From Paraphysomonas bandaiensis (taxonomy: Eukaryota; Protista; Chrysophyceae), in contig CBFFRP010000463.1 of NCBI GenBank assembly GCA_965644295.1, positions 1-64,000 of the forward strand: 64,000 nt of DNA. Direction: 5' to 3'. Shown piece by piece: positions 48,316 through 60,045 of the stretch. Position 1 is the first letter of the stretch. Each line of letters begins with the position of its first letter. Under the pieces are notes generated by a model. It saw only the letters and a list, made by a program, of their open reading frames with translations, made no database searches and had not been told where the DNA came from. Both the position numbers and the translations under genes were made by a program.

Positions 48316-51300
48316 CTATAAACATTCGCTGGTCGACATTGATCGTTGGCGGCATTTGTCAGACAGTTGCTTTTGAGCAATTCTCAGTTTATCAACAATA
48401 GCACCATTGTCGCTCTCACCTGTGGGCGAGTTACGTGCTGCTGTTGCAACCACTTCGCTTTGTTCTGTATTGCCACCAAGAGAATAGCGGCGAGGTTTAG
48501 GAGGTTTGGCAGGAGGTACAATCTTCTCTACTTCACTGCTAACTGGTTCTACTGTATTTTCCGTACATATATCGATGGTACTGCTCGATGAAATCGGGTT
48601 ATCATCTGAGATTTCACCGTGAATTAGTTGCTCTCTACTGGCATGCGAGTCTGCTGGTAGTGGCTCGTAGTCTGAACCAATTGTATCTGAAGCATAACTT
48701 TCTGTGTCACCTATTATAGAGTCGCCTGTTTGTGAAGGGGTTTTCTCTTCAATACTATTCGCACGGGCAAACACCGAGGAGTTCCTCACGAACACGCCAT
48801 CATACTCCGCGAACTCATCACTGCTATCTGAACAACCACCGTCGCAGTCGCCACCCTCATGAGATGGATCATACCTACCAAATACCTTCGAGAGCCCAGG
48901 AGAATTCTTCGGTTGCGATAATGGTGTTACTGATCTTGGTATCATGGACAAGTCCAAGCGTGCAGAACCACGACGTTCCGGCACAACAAGTATAGGTTTC
49001 CTAAACGTGGAATCCGTATACATTGGAGGACGAAGACTTGCATGTAACTCCTCGAAAGAGAGGCCATATAAATCCACAAAGGGGCGGTTGCTATCAAAGT
49101 TGTAGTCTCCTGTAGAATTCTTTTCCGAATCAACATTATCCAGAACAGATATGTTGGCGATAGCGGTGTCCAGGTCAACACTATTGAGCCGCTCACGATG
49201 AGTAAAGCCAGACAGGGCATCGGTCGCACTCAGCCTACGCGACATTTCTGGTGGATGTGAGGAAAGCTTTAAGTGGTCCGGATCTAGTAGCTGCCAACTG
49301 CCGAATTTATCTGGCGACGACTCAGAGGCGTTTCCAGAGGCAAGACTAGTCACAGAGGAGCTAGACTGCAGCTGAGGGAGATGTTCAGAACCAGCAGTGT
49401 CAACATATCCTGCACGCCGCAATCGGGCTACATTACATGCATCGGTCACCAGGTTTGCTATCTCCAGCGTGATTGAGCCGTCTGTGTCCTGTAGTTTTTC
49501 ATACGACCACTTCTTGCCGGTACAGTGCTGGATGCCTGCAAGAGGACACAGCTCCTGTAGTATGTCGGGACCAGATAGCCTGGGGTGGGGGTGAGACAGT
49601 GGGCCAAAAGGTTCTGCAGTCGAAGCATTCAACTGTTCGATGTAGCAGCCGAATGACGCCAGTGTAGTCAAACGAACCTTTTTCGGTAAGTCGCTTCTAA
49701 TCTTCATAGCAAGGCGTGCTAAGTCGTAAAGGTGAGGAGCACTGGGCATTCCAAAATGTTGTATGGACTCCACAAAACACAGCATTAGATTCGAGTCATC
49801 GGCAGTAATGAAGAGCCTGAGGTTTCGAATGAGCATCGTAATATCGTTGGACCCCGTGTAGCTGCCGCGATCCTCAATGTAAGGTGGGATCAGCCTTTCG
49901 TTCTGTTCCTGGACCCACCTTCCAATCACTTGCAGGTCAGAAGCTACTTGCGTCTCCCCACGCTCAGACAACTTAAATCGCTTGTTAAGTCGGTACTTGT
50001 CTATTGTGTTTCGTATGTACATCACAACCACTAAGCGAATGGTTTCACGACGAATAATACGATGGAATTCACAGGGTTTTGACGCAGCACGATGACAAAA
50101 ACCGTCCATCCAACTGGTCACCCTATCTAAATACACTCTACAGACCTTGCCACCTAACCACGAACCACTTTCGACCAAAAACAAAGACATAATATCCCCT
50201 AAAGTCTGGGACATATTCTGTACAGCTGCAGTAGCAGCCTGATTAGCTGATCTTAAAAATATAGTTCCAATCTGTTCGATGCAAGACCGTGAAAGAGCCA
50301 TAACCCACTTCTTTTTCCCCTCATCTACCTCCTCGCCCTCTGCTTGAGCCTGCGGATATATACGCAGCGTAGAGAAGTACTTGACACATTCTTGACATGC
50401 CAGTATGTGACTAAGCAAGGCTTCTTCGCCGTAGTCAGCGAATGATGTCTTGTCGACATGTCGGGCCAAGGTAATTGCAAGAGTATCTACAACCAGCAAT
50501 AGCAGCGATTGCTTCGTCTTCACATCATAACTATCAGCCACATAAAAGGTATCGTGAATCTTCTGAATCTGAAAATTTACGATCTTGTAATACTCGGCCA
50601 GTTTGTGACCTCGTTGTCGCGGCTGCAGTTCATTCAGCTCGGCATACCACGTGTCATTTCGCTTCACCAAAATATCTAGCAGAGTCTTCATCAGCTGCTC
50701 TGCTCCACACAAATTTTCGCGAAATGAATTGAAAAAATTTCTAGGTAAAAATTTGTGTTTCCTCAAAGTATCTAATGTCTGGAACAATCTGATAGCCTCC
50801 ACGATAACTTCGTCAGAGAGGTTCTCAACAGAGTTTACGCCGTGTGAGAGACCCAAAAATGGTGACAATTCCAATGTGAGGCGACTGCGAAAGTGATCGG
50901 AATATCTGTGCATATAATCCCTGTATGATAACACAGGTCAATCTCGTGTATATGCACGAATGTAAACTACATACTACACAGGAAGAGGTGTACCTGCATT
51001 GAGCCACTATCTGTGGGGCTCTGGAAGTCATCTCGAGGGCACATTCATCGCATGTCAAAGAAAACTCATCCAAGCAAGTCTTACAAGCTGCAAGCACAGC
51101 TCGTGGATTTCCAGTACTATCAGGATTGCGCGATTCATCGTCATACACACATTCAAATGCATCGTTCAAAAAATCATTTATCCAGCGATCCTGCAATATA
51201 TTAAAGCTTATGGTGATCAAGTAATTTAAGTTTACCTGCTCCGCAACTGGAAGTTTTAAAAGCGCAGAAAAAGTTTGAGTTTTAAAATCATTTCCCAAAT

Positions 51301-51658
51301 CAGAACTCAAAAGTTTATTCGCTGAATGAAGAAGCTGCTTTGCCTTGATAAAATCTGCCCATTCTGCACATTGTTCATCTGATATCGCACGTAGGTCCAA
51401 TTTAAACTTGTCGTTCATGAATTGGATATACAAATGTCGGTCACCAGTCGCTTCAACGACCCGTATTTCTCTCATGTCATAAGAACTGGAGGGTTCAGCT
51501 TGGGCAGCGTGTTCTTGTGATGATGTCCAATACTGCAGATACGGGCCTTGGGTCCTGAAATAACGATTTTGATATATCCCATTCCTGTTCTTCTTTTGCA
51601 ATACACCATGCAATTCCAACTCACAGCTCTGACGAACTTCTCGCTCACCAAACTTCAT
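48316..51658 (-). CDS. N-terminal PH-domain protein with a long helical region (possibly CATCHR/exocyst Sec6- or MUN-like) and a disordered tail
   Basis: PH: LHGVLQKKNRNGIYQNRYFRTQGPYLQYW...LDLRAISDEQCAEWADFI. Helical middle with VVVMYIRN..GETQVASDLQVI. Two short introns near 50.9 and 51.2 kb. Confidence 0.7.
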
Positions 51659-52475
51659 TTCAATATAATTTGTTATTTAACAAGTGGCATATATGTAAAC
51701 GAGCGCTGATCGTACAGTAGTTATATAATATAATTCATTTTAATTCAAATGAATGTTTTAATCTTTGACAGATAAGAAGTGTGTTATCTCCTTTCCATAT
51801 TCATGAAAACAATGCAACCATAGCACATAGTGATCTAATGAAGTCAATTAATCCACATGACAAAGAAATTACTCCCTCATGCTATATGATACACTGTGGT
51901 ATACATATACTCATTGATCATTGACCGTAGCAGCTAACACAACATCACACTAATAGACTCTTTTTTTTTCGTTCTATATAAAAAATCATTGACATCAAAA
52001 AACCTCAACACTGTTGGCAATGCTGTGTATCGTATTGTAAAAAAGAGTTAAGAGTTCTAGATTTCCTAGATTTTCGTTCTATAAAAACCTAAAGAGCATA
52101 TACCGTATTTTGAGCGATAAGTAAACCGCTTTTTTTGAATCATATCGTATGTGACAGAACTGAGTGTGTGTATGTACGGTATATGAGTATGTATAGTATT
52201 GTGGATATATAGCAGCTGCATACATCTGTAGTTTGTATAGCAACTTATCGGCCGATCGTTAACAACATTAGCTAGACATTGACATGTACCACACCGCCCC
52301 TACTCACAGTTAAACACTACCGCATCATAAGACATATTATTGTCTACATAATCCATCTAATGAAAGACGAATTGAGCGGTAGCAAGCGCTCATATATTAT
52401 GTATTTCCCACTCATTTAGTTCCACAATTTGCAGTAGAAATGTACTTATAAAACTTAATACAGTGTGTTCGTAAT

Positions 52476-55400
52476 ATGTCCGATAATAAGTGGGAAAACT
52501 ATCTAATGGATGCAGATGATGGGGAGGATGGAGAGGATGAGGCGCCAATGTCTTCTCTCCGACTCCCAAGTGCAGATACGGCATCTGTAAAATCAAATGG
52601 AATGGATTTACCAAAGGCCCCACAACCACCAGCTGAGAGTAAGCCTCGTGTGGAAACATTAGAAGAAAAGATTGCTAGAGTAATGGCAGGGATTAATATG
52701 CCAGCTAAACCTAGTCAGCAGAAGTCAGTACCTGCATCCACGTCGATTACAGATCAAACGAAGTGGGAACGCCCTGCAACTGCACCTAAAAGCAAGATGC
52801 AAATGCCCGCTCCTGTAGATGCAAAAGAAGATAATACTCCAGAAATATCGTCGCAGACATCTGAGGCGAGTGTGAAGAAGAAGGGGGGAGCCCGAATTGT
52901 GAAACCCAACAGTAACAGCTCACTCTCCTCCCTTTCTGTGGCTGAAGATCGCAATGAGACAATCCCTAAGCCTCGAACGGTCTCCCCTGTGGTTGTTACT
53001 CCTCTTGTACCGAATTCTGCTCCGAGTTCATCAGATCCATCACAATTACAACCTGCTGCTGACGAACGCAAGACCGATATCAGCCCTGCTGATATTACCT
53101 CTACACGGTCCCCTTCTCCTGGTACCAAACCTGTGAAGTTGCAGCCGGAGACTGAAGAGTCAGAGAATTCGCAGCCTGAGAATTCACATCCAGAGAAAAA
53201 AGTGCCAGTGGTATCCCAAACGGACCTTAATCCGAAAGACTCTGTGCAAGACACTGAAGTGGAGCTTGTGGGCTCAACCGTCAATGGTGCTGATGGCCCT
53301 GAGGAGAGTGGGAGTAGCAGTCACGTCACGCCATTACCTGACTGGAGTAATAATGCTTCCCCCGCCTTGCCGTCTTCTACCATAAGTAATGCTGCTCCGA
53401 AATCATCACCTGTGAAACAGTCGGATAATCTCTCTACGCCACCCCCTACAGATAGTGCTAGGGGTCGCACCCATGAGAGTGTGAAAGCTAACGAAAAGAG
53501 ATCTAAGTCACATGAGGGAATACGAGTTGGTAACAAGCCCGGGGCCGTAATCTCAAAACCTCCCACCTTAGGAAATGGTACTGTTTCTAGTGCCAAGGGA
53601 GGCCCTGCATTTACCCCTCAGCAGCGACGAATACCTGACATGCCGTCTGCTTTGTCGGCAGTCGGTTATACTGGCACTCTGACCACCCCCGACTCAGCGC
53701 ACCCTAGCAGGAGTAAAAGTGGCAGAGAACTTTGGTCTGTTACCAAGCGATCTCTGAATGAGAGCTTCGCGTCGCCTAGCAGGGCTCTGACTGTGTCTAA
53801 AGTTGGGTCTACAGAAGAAAATCACTCCGTCAGAGTAGCTGTCAGGATTCGTCCTTTCACGGTAGGGGAAATCCAGTCAGGGCCGAGAAGAGTGGTGTCT
53901 GTGAACGGAGACAAACTTATTCTTGTAAACCCTAACGCTTTTGACGCCGACCCGGACACAATTGCTGCCGCAGCTGCTGCTGTATCACTAGAAAACATGC
54001 GTTGCAATGATTGGGCCAAGGTTTTCTGCTTTGACCACTGCTTCTGGTCATACGACCCAACAGATGAAGAAGACACGTACGTGGATCAAAAAGGAGTGTA
54101 TGATGCAATAGGGGCCGGGATGGCAGAGGATGTTGTACGAGGCATTTCCACTTGCTGCTTTGCATACGGACATACGAGTACTGGGAAGACATACACTATG
54201 TTCGGGGGAGATGATCTGATTCACTCTGGTGAGGGAGGGAGCTTCATTAAGTCGGAAGATGCTACAGGTGTACAACTCCATGAGAGCGCGGGGTTTATTC
54301 CTCGTGTATTCATGGATATTGTCAACAAGGTGTTTGGGGACAATGACTTGGTCAAAGACACTAAGATTACACTGTCATTCCTGGAGATATATCAGGAGAA
54401 AATACGTGACTGTCTCGCACCGGCCACGGCAGCCACTGACCTGAGGGTTAGAGAGCACCCCGCTTTGGGCCCGTATGTCGAAAACCTTACTAAGGTTGAG
54501 GTAGAGTCCATTTCTGATGTATTGGAGTTGTTGTATCGTGGATATGAAGAACGGAGCACAGCATCTACTTCGAGAAACCGTCATTCATCACGTTCCCACG
54601 CTATAGCCACTCTTGAGCTGTCCCCTGCTGATGCCCCGGATCCTTTTGCTCCGTCCTCGAAATCTACGCGGTCGTCAACTGCATCCTCCATCCCTGCCAC
54701 TGTAACTGTGCAAAAGCAGGAGCATGTGAGGGCCCAAATGATAGATCTCGCTGGTTCAGAGAAGGAAAGCACGCGAGAAGATGTGGATGAGTACGGAACA
54801 CGCAAAAGGGGTACCGCTTCACAACGAAGTGAAAGCAATGTTGAAAGGCTAGAACTGAAAATGATCAGACGCTCATTGTCAACTTTAGGGTATATTATTA
54901 AAGCATTAGGTCAAGGAAATTCTGCGAAAGGGTTGCCGTTCAGAGATTCTGTTCTAACATGGCTTCTAAAGGACGCGCTGAGTGGTCGAAGCAAGACAAC
55001 TATGATGGCCACTGTATCTCCATCGCACACCTGCTTTGACGAAACTCTCCATACCCTTAAATACGCGGAAAGACTCTGTCAATTGAATGTGTCGTCACTG
55101 CCCGGAATGGAGTCATCTGGGCGCATTGGAATCAATGATACTATTGATCCTGACTTAACATATGCTCTCGCCACCGAATATTCTAAGTTGAAAGGGGAGT
55201 TGGGTGGGAATAAGCCCGGTTCTCAAGCTGCGAGGCATCTCCTTCAGCAAACGATTGCAGATCCACAGCAAAGGCTTGCACGCCTGGATCCTTACAAGGC
55301 CAGCAACCTAGAGGATGACGCAAGATACCCAGTGCCGCGTGCTGGTTCCCGTAGTCGTCCCAGCTCTGCTGGAAAGACTGGAAGGGGTTATTCGAATGCT

Positions 55401-57733
55401 CTTACCGTGAGGAATGATTCAGGAAGTGTGGACTTTATGGACCAGGATCTGAAGGAGGCATATCGTCAGTTGCACGGGAAGTATGTTGAGCTCCAGATAG
55501 AGCTTGAAAATGCCCGGACTGACAGAGACGGAATGAAGCTAGAGCTGCAGAATGCTCAAGAGTGTTTACAACGGGCTCAGTCAGAGCGGTTCATGGGTTC
55601 GAAATCAGCAGTATCGGATATTAATATTGCACTTCGAACTGCAGAAGAAGAAGTTGCTGAGTTAAGGGGTATCGTCCTGCGTAAAGAGGAGACTGCGGAC
55701 AGGTTGCTGAGTGAACTCGCCGATGAGCGACAAGCGCGCGCTACTGTCGAAAAAACTGCAAGGGCACAAGTAACAGAGCTCATAGGCCGTCTTGAAGCAT
55801 TGCATAAGCAAGGGCAAGCTGCGGCAAGAGAGAGTCAAAAATGGCAACAGGAGTGTCAAATCCTGCAACAAGAAAAAGAAGTTGTCGAAAATGAAGTCTT
55901 AGATCTCAAGAATCTGATGGCTGAAAAAGAGGAGGAAGCCGACAATAAAATGTCATCACTCGAAGATGAACTCAGGCTTGCAATGGATCATGTTACTACT
56001 GCAGTGAAAGAGCGTGACCGAACGAATGCGGAAATCACTTCTGTGCTTAAAGAGAAAGCGGATATGGCTGCCAGAGAAGTTGTGCTGACGCAAAGAATTC
56101 AGGAGCTTCAATTAGACGTCGAAAAAGCGAACAACGAATCTAAAGTGAAATCTGAATTGGAAATAGTGAAGTTGCAACGGGACTCACTCTTTGAAGTTAT
56201 CAAGCAACAAGAACAAGCTTTGCATATGCAGCAGCAGCAGTCCGAGGCGTCGTTGAAAATGTTGCATCAGAGACAAGCCGCTTTGGACAGATATGAGCAG
56301 CGCAGTGAAGGAGAACATGATGAGCTTTCTCACCTTCAAGAAAACTTACAGCAGCTGTTGGCTCAAGAAGGACAGACCCTGTATTCAGAACTAATTGATG
56401 CAAAAAAACTTATTAGTGTTATATCATCAGTTCGGGAAAAAGTTGTGGAGTGTGGAGTTTTGAAGGAAGACATCGCCCGACTCGAAGAAGAGAAAGAAGA
56501 GGTAGAGAACCGCATGAAAAAGTTAGAGCAGGAGCATACTGAGTGGAAAGTAGAACATGAAAAAATTGTGGAGCAATTGGAACTCTTCAAGAAACATGCT
56601 ATCGACTGGGAAGCGCGTGCTCATTACTGGCAGCAAGTTGCGAAAAAGAATAGCACAACTTCATCCGAATCTCGAGCGTTGAATGAATCCCAAGATATAT
56701 CTAGCTTCGCGTCGATGTCTGTTACGAAATCTGTGGAGTATCTCGATTTACGATCTGAAAATGCGACTTTACAAGAACAGCTTAACAAGTCTCAAGAAGA
56801 GCTTGAGAAATCCAGGAAAGAGTTGAGCTCTTCGAAGGATGATATGCAGAAAGAGTTCGCGTCTCTTTGGATGGCTGTTGAACAACTTAATAAGTTAGAC
56901 GCCTCCAAAGATAAGGCCTTGGCCGAGATGACAGCAGCGAGAGACACAGCAGTGCGCGAGAAAAGAGAGATTGAGCGCAGTTTTATTTCTATGAAAAAAG
57001 AATACGAGAGTTTGCAAAGCGAGTTACAGGTAAAATGAGAAGTAGTATTTATTTTTTGCTTACTCTGATGTAGTCCATTGATTTGGATTTGCTGGACGTG
57101 GCTGACAATGAAGGGATCGAAGTTGGAGATATTTTACATGTCGTGCACGACAACCACCCACATGTTCCGCATGTATGTTTACTGATGCATGTCTGGCTGT
57201 CATTGCGTGACATGTTTTGTTACAGGACTTAAGTGACGGGTACTTTGCAAAGCATTCATCCTCTTCTAATCGGTCGAATCGGTCATCGAGGTCGGCATCG
57301 CCACTGCAACGCGGTGGTAGGACATCGCCGAAGTCTCGGCCATCCAGGTACAACAGTCGGGGGCGGAATTACGACAGCGATGCGGTATCTGAACCTGGCT
57401 ACTATCGCAGTTCTATGCCGATTCGAAGTAGCCATTCAGTTTCGTCAGCTCGAGAAGCTATTTCAAGTAGGAGGTCGTCACCAACTTCTGGAAGGCGATT
57501 TGAACGCTCTCCAAGCGCGAACAGCAGACGGTATGTACATCTCGATAATGATGTTACTGAAAAGGTAAGTTTTCAACACACGATGGAGTTTCTGATATAC
57601 TGTTCAGGGACTTGAGATGCAAATAGAAGAGCTCTCACAGTTTCTTAGCAAAGATTCTAATCGCCAACAAAAGCAACACTCTAGTCGAACGCGATTAAGA
57701 TCCAGTGGTCATTCAGTGTCTCGTGATTACTAG
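52476..57733 (+). CDS. Kinesin-3-like motor (KIF14/KIF13-like) with long disordered N-terminus and coiled-coil tail
   Basis: SVRVAVRIRP, FCFDHCFWS, AYGHTSTGKTYTM, LRVREHPALGPYVENL, SSRSHAI, IDLAGSE, SLSTLG, PFRDSVLTWLLKDALSGRSKTTMMATVSP. Confidence 0.92.
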
Positions 57734-58177
57734 GTGGAAAGTTATATCGAGTTTTCTTGATGTAAATGAGCTTATCTAGGCAGTCGATGACGTAGCATAA
57801 TGCAGTATTATATTTTGTGTGATAAAATTAAGTACGTACTACTGCTATTCAAAATTTCCAAGAGTCACAAACCTCTGTACTTAGTCAACATTACTAATAC
57901 TACATGCATTTATTATTAGTAAGTTGGAAACGTTTCAATTTCAAGTTGGGTGGGTTTCAGTGTCAGAGGTACATACCTTAGATTATTCAGGACAGTCTAG
58001 CGACGATTGAACCAAATAAAAGTCCCACATATTGATGCAGCTCCATTTTGATTTAAAAGGCGCAGTGGGACCCAACACCCCTGATATGTAATGGAAGAAG
58101 CGGAGGCGAAAAGTTGTCGAAAGAGAAAGCTCATTGGGAGAATCACTCATAGCCGCTGATTGCTACAAAATTCCTGA

Positions 58178-58370
58178 AGTAGTGAATTCATTATTACTAA
58201 CAATAGGTGTTTAAGAGTCAGAACTAATGTAGCATTGCAATTTAAATAACTAGTGTTTAACTCTGATATCCTACTATTTAGCGCTACGAAAGCTGCTTGT
58301 GCGTCACCACAAGCACCAAGGTGCAACTAATTTGCTCTATCACTCAAAGCACACGCAGTGAGAAAGCAAA
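58178..58370 (-). mobile_element. SINE-like family, copy D (inverted)
   Basis: Reverse complement of the stem-loop and tail: gtagtgaat..aataggtgtttaagagtcagaact..ctctgatatcctactattt..tgcttgtgcgtcaccacaagcaccaagg. Confidence 0.85.
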
Positions 58371-58469
58371 ATGTTGATATACCTGACATCTGCTGACTTC
58401 AGGATTTTGGAGTTATAATGGCCGCATTCCCGGAAGCTTGACTTCAGCAGGGTGCCAAAACCTTTGAAT

Positions 58470-58945
58470 GATAAGAGAAAGTGATTGCACTTTTGTGCTT
58501 GTGGTAACGCACAAGCAGCTTTCGTAGCGTTAGATAGTAGCTATTAGATGAAGTTCTGATTCCTATTCGTGAGTGCCTGTTTATTCGCCAAGACTCAAAG
58601 ACATCTATGCACAAGTGATATTTATATTAGTGTCCCTTTTGTACCACACAAGCATTCGGCTATGAATGGGCAGAATATTATATATCTCCGGTACTTTTCC
58701 CCCAGTACACGACAAAAGGTGCGAGTCCGACTTTGTTGAGGGCTACTTTTTCTGAAAAGTAAAGTTGTTATGACTTTCCAACTAGAGTTAATATTATTTA
58801 CAAACAACTATGAATGATTATCCAAAGTCCCTTATTTTCGACAAGTCATTGTACCTGTTGCACCTTGATAACAGAATTAGTTAAGTATCAGAGTTAAGCA
58901 CTGACACTTAAACGCCTGTTGCTAGTAATAAAACATTCACTACTC
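58470..58945. repeat. Cluster of SINE-like fragments: stem-loop module (58470-58540 +), upstream module (58560-58745 -), tail (58855-58945 +)
   Basis: Each segment aligns by eye to part of the 59325-59790 copy. Confidence 0.7.
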
Positions 58946-59324
58946 TCTGGGGTCACCTCATTTTTGGAGTAATGCAATGTTAAAGACATTGAGATATCAT
59001 GGCATCTTGCCCAATCTCATGGCACCTATACACCTTGCCCAGAGTATTATCCATTATTCTTAGGCTGTAGTTCTAATAATATAATCATATTCTTCAATAT
59101 TTTCTTGACTCTATCAACCAAATTCTTCATTCATAATAATAAAAATAAGGACAGCACCATTTCCAGCTGAATTACAACCTTACATCGTACTAGCTGCTAG
59201 CTGCTACCTACAATATCACGGCATTCAGGAAGGCAGTCATTCATAATCAACACAAAAAATATCTATTGACTATTATATGAAACCTCATTATCAAAATTTC
59301 ATCGACGATGTGTTTAATATCTGA

Positions 59325-59790
59325 TTCCCTCAACAAAGTCAGACTAGCACGTTTTCGTGGGGATATCACCAGAGATATTTCTCTAGGAAACTAACGTGAA
59401 TCGCATATGTAGACGGCAGATATTGTTCTTCTCACTCATAGACAAATACTTGTGTGGTACAAGGGACGCTAAATAGTGTCACTTGTATAGAAGTCCTTGG
59501 GCCTTGACTAATAACAGATCCGGGAATGGGCCCACCCCAAGGGCACCAGGGATGCAAGTTGGGCGTTGGGCTGCCTGCTGCTGAAGTCAAGCATCCGGGC
59601 TGTTCACGTTAAGGACAGAGAGCGAAAGTGGTTGCCCTTTGGTGCTTGCGGTGACGTACAAGCAGCTTTCGTAGCGCTAAATAGTAGGATATCAGAGGTA
59701 AGCACTAGTTATTAGTTAAATTCTTTTGCTACATCAGTTCTGACTCTTACACGCCTATTGCTAATAATCAGACATTCACTATTCACTACT
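59325..59790 (+). mobile_element. SINE-like family, longest copy (upstream module + stem-loop + tail)
   Basis: Contains every module seen in the other copies and ends cagacattcactattcactact. No ORF. Confidence 0.8.
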
Positions 59791-60045
59791 TAATATCTAG
59801 TTCAAATGAAGTATATAATACGCTATAATATACGCTATTCATGTGCATATAAATAGCACCACTTTGGCGAATATGTAGAATTCTCCATGCTCCTATGTAG
59901 TTAATGATATGTAAGAAAGCACTACATACTACAGTCTACAGTGATAGCAAGTGGAATTTGATTCAACTACCCTGTTTATTAGTACTGCGTAGCAAACCTT
60001 TTGAAAGACTATTAGGAAAGCTACTGAATCTCTCCGATATCATGA

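Noticed and set aside
59636-59680. Hairpin resembling group II intron domain V or a hammerhead ribozyme
   Set aside because: GNRA loop and AC bulge are present, but the catalytic-triad position reads TGG rather than AGC/CGC and the lower stem is short. There is no CUGANGA core on either strand.
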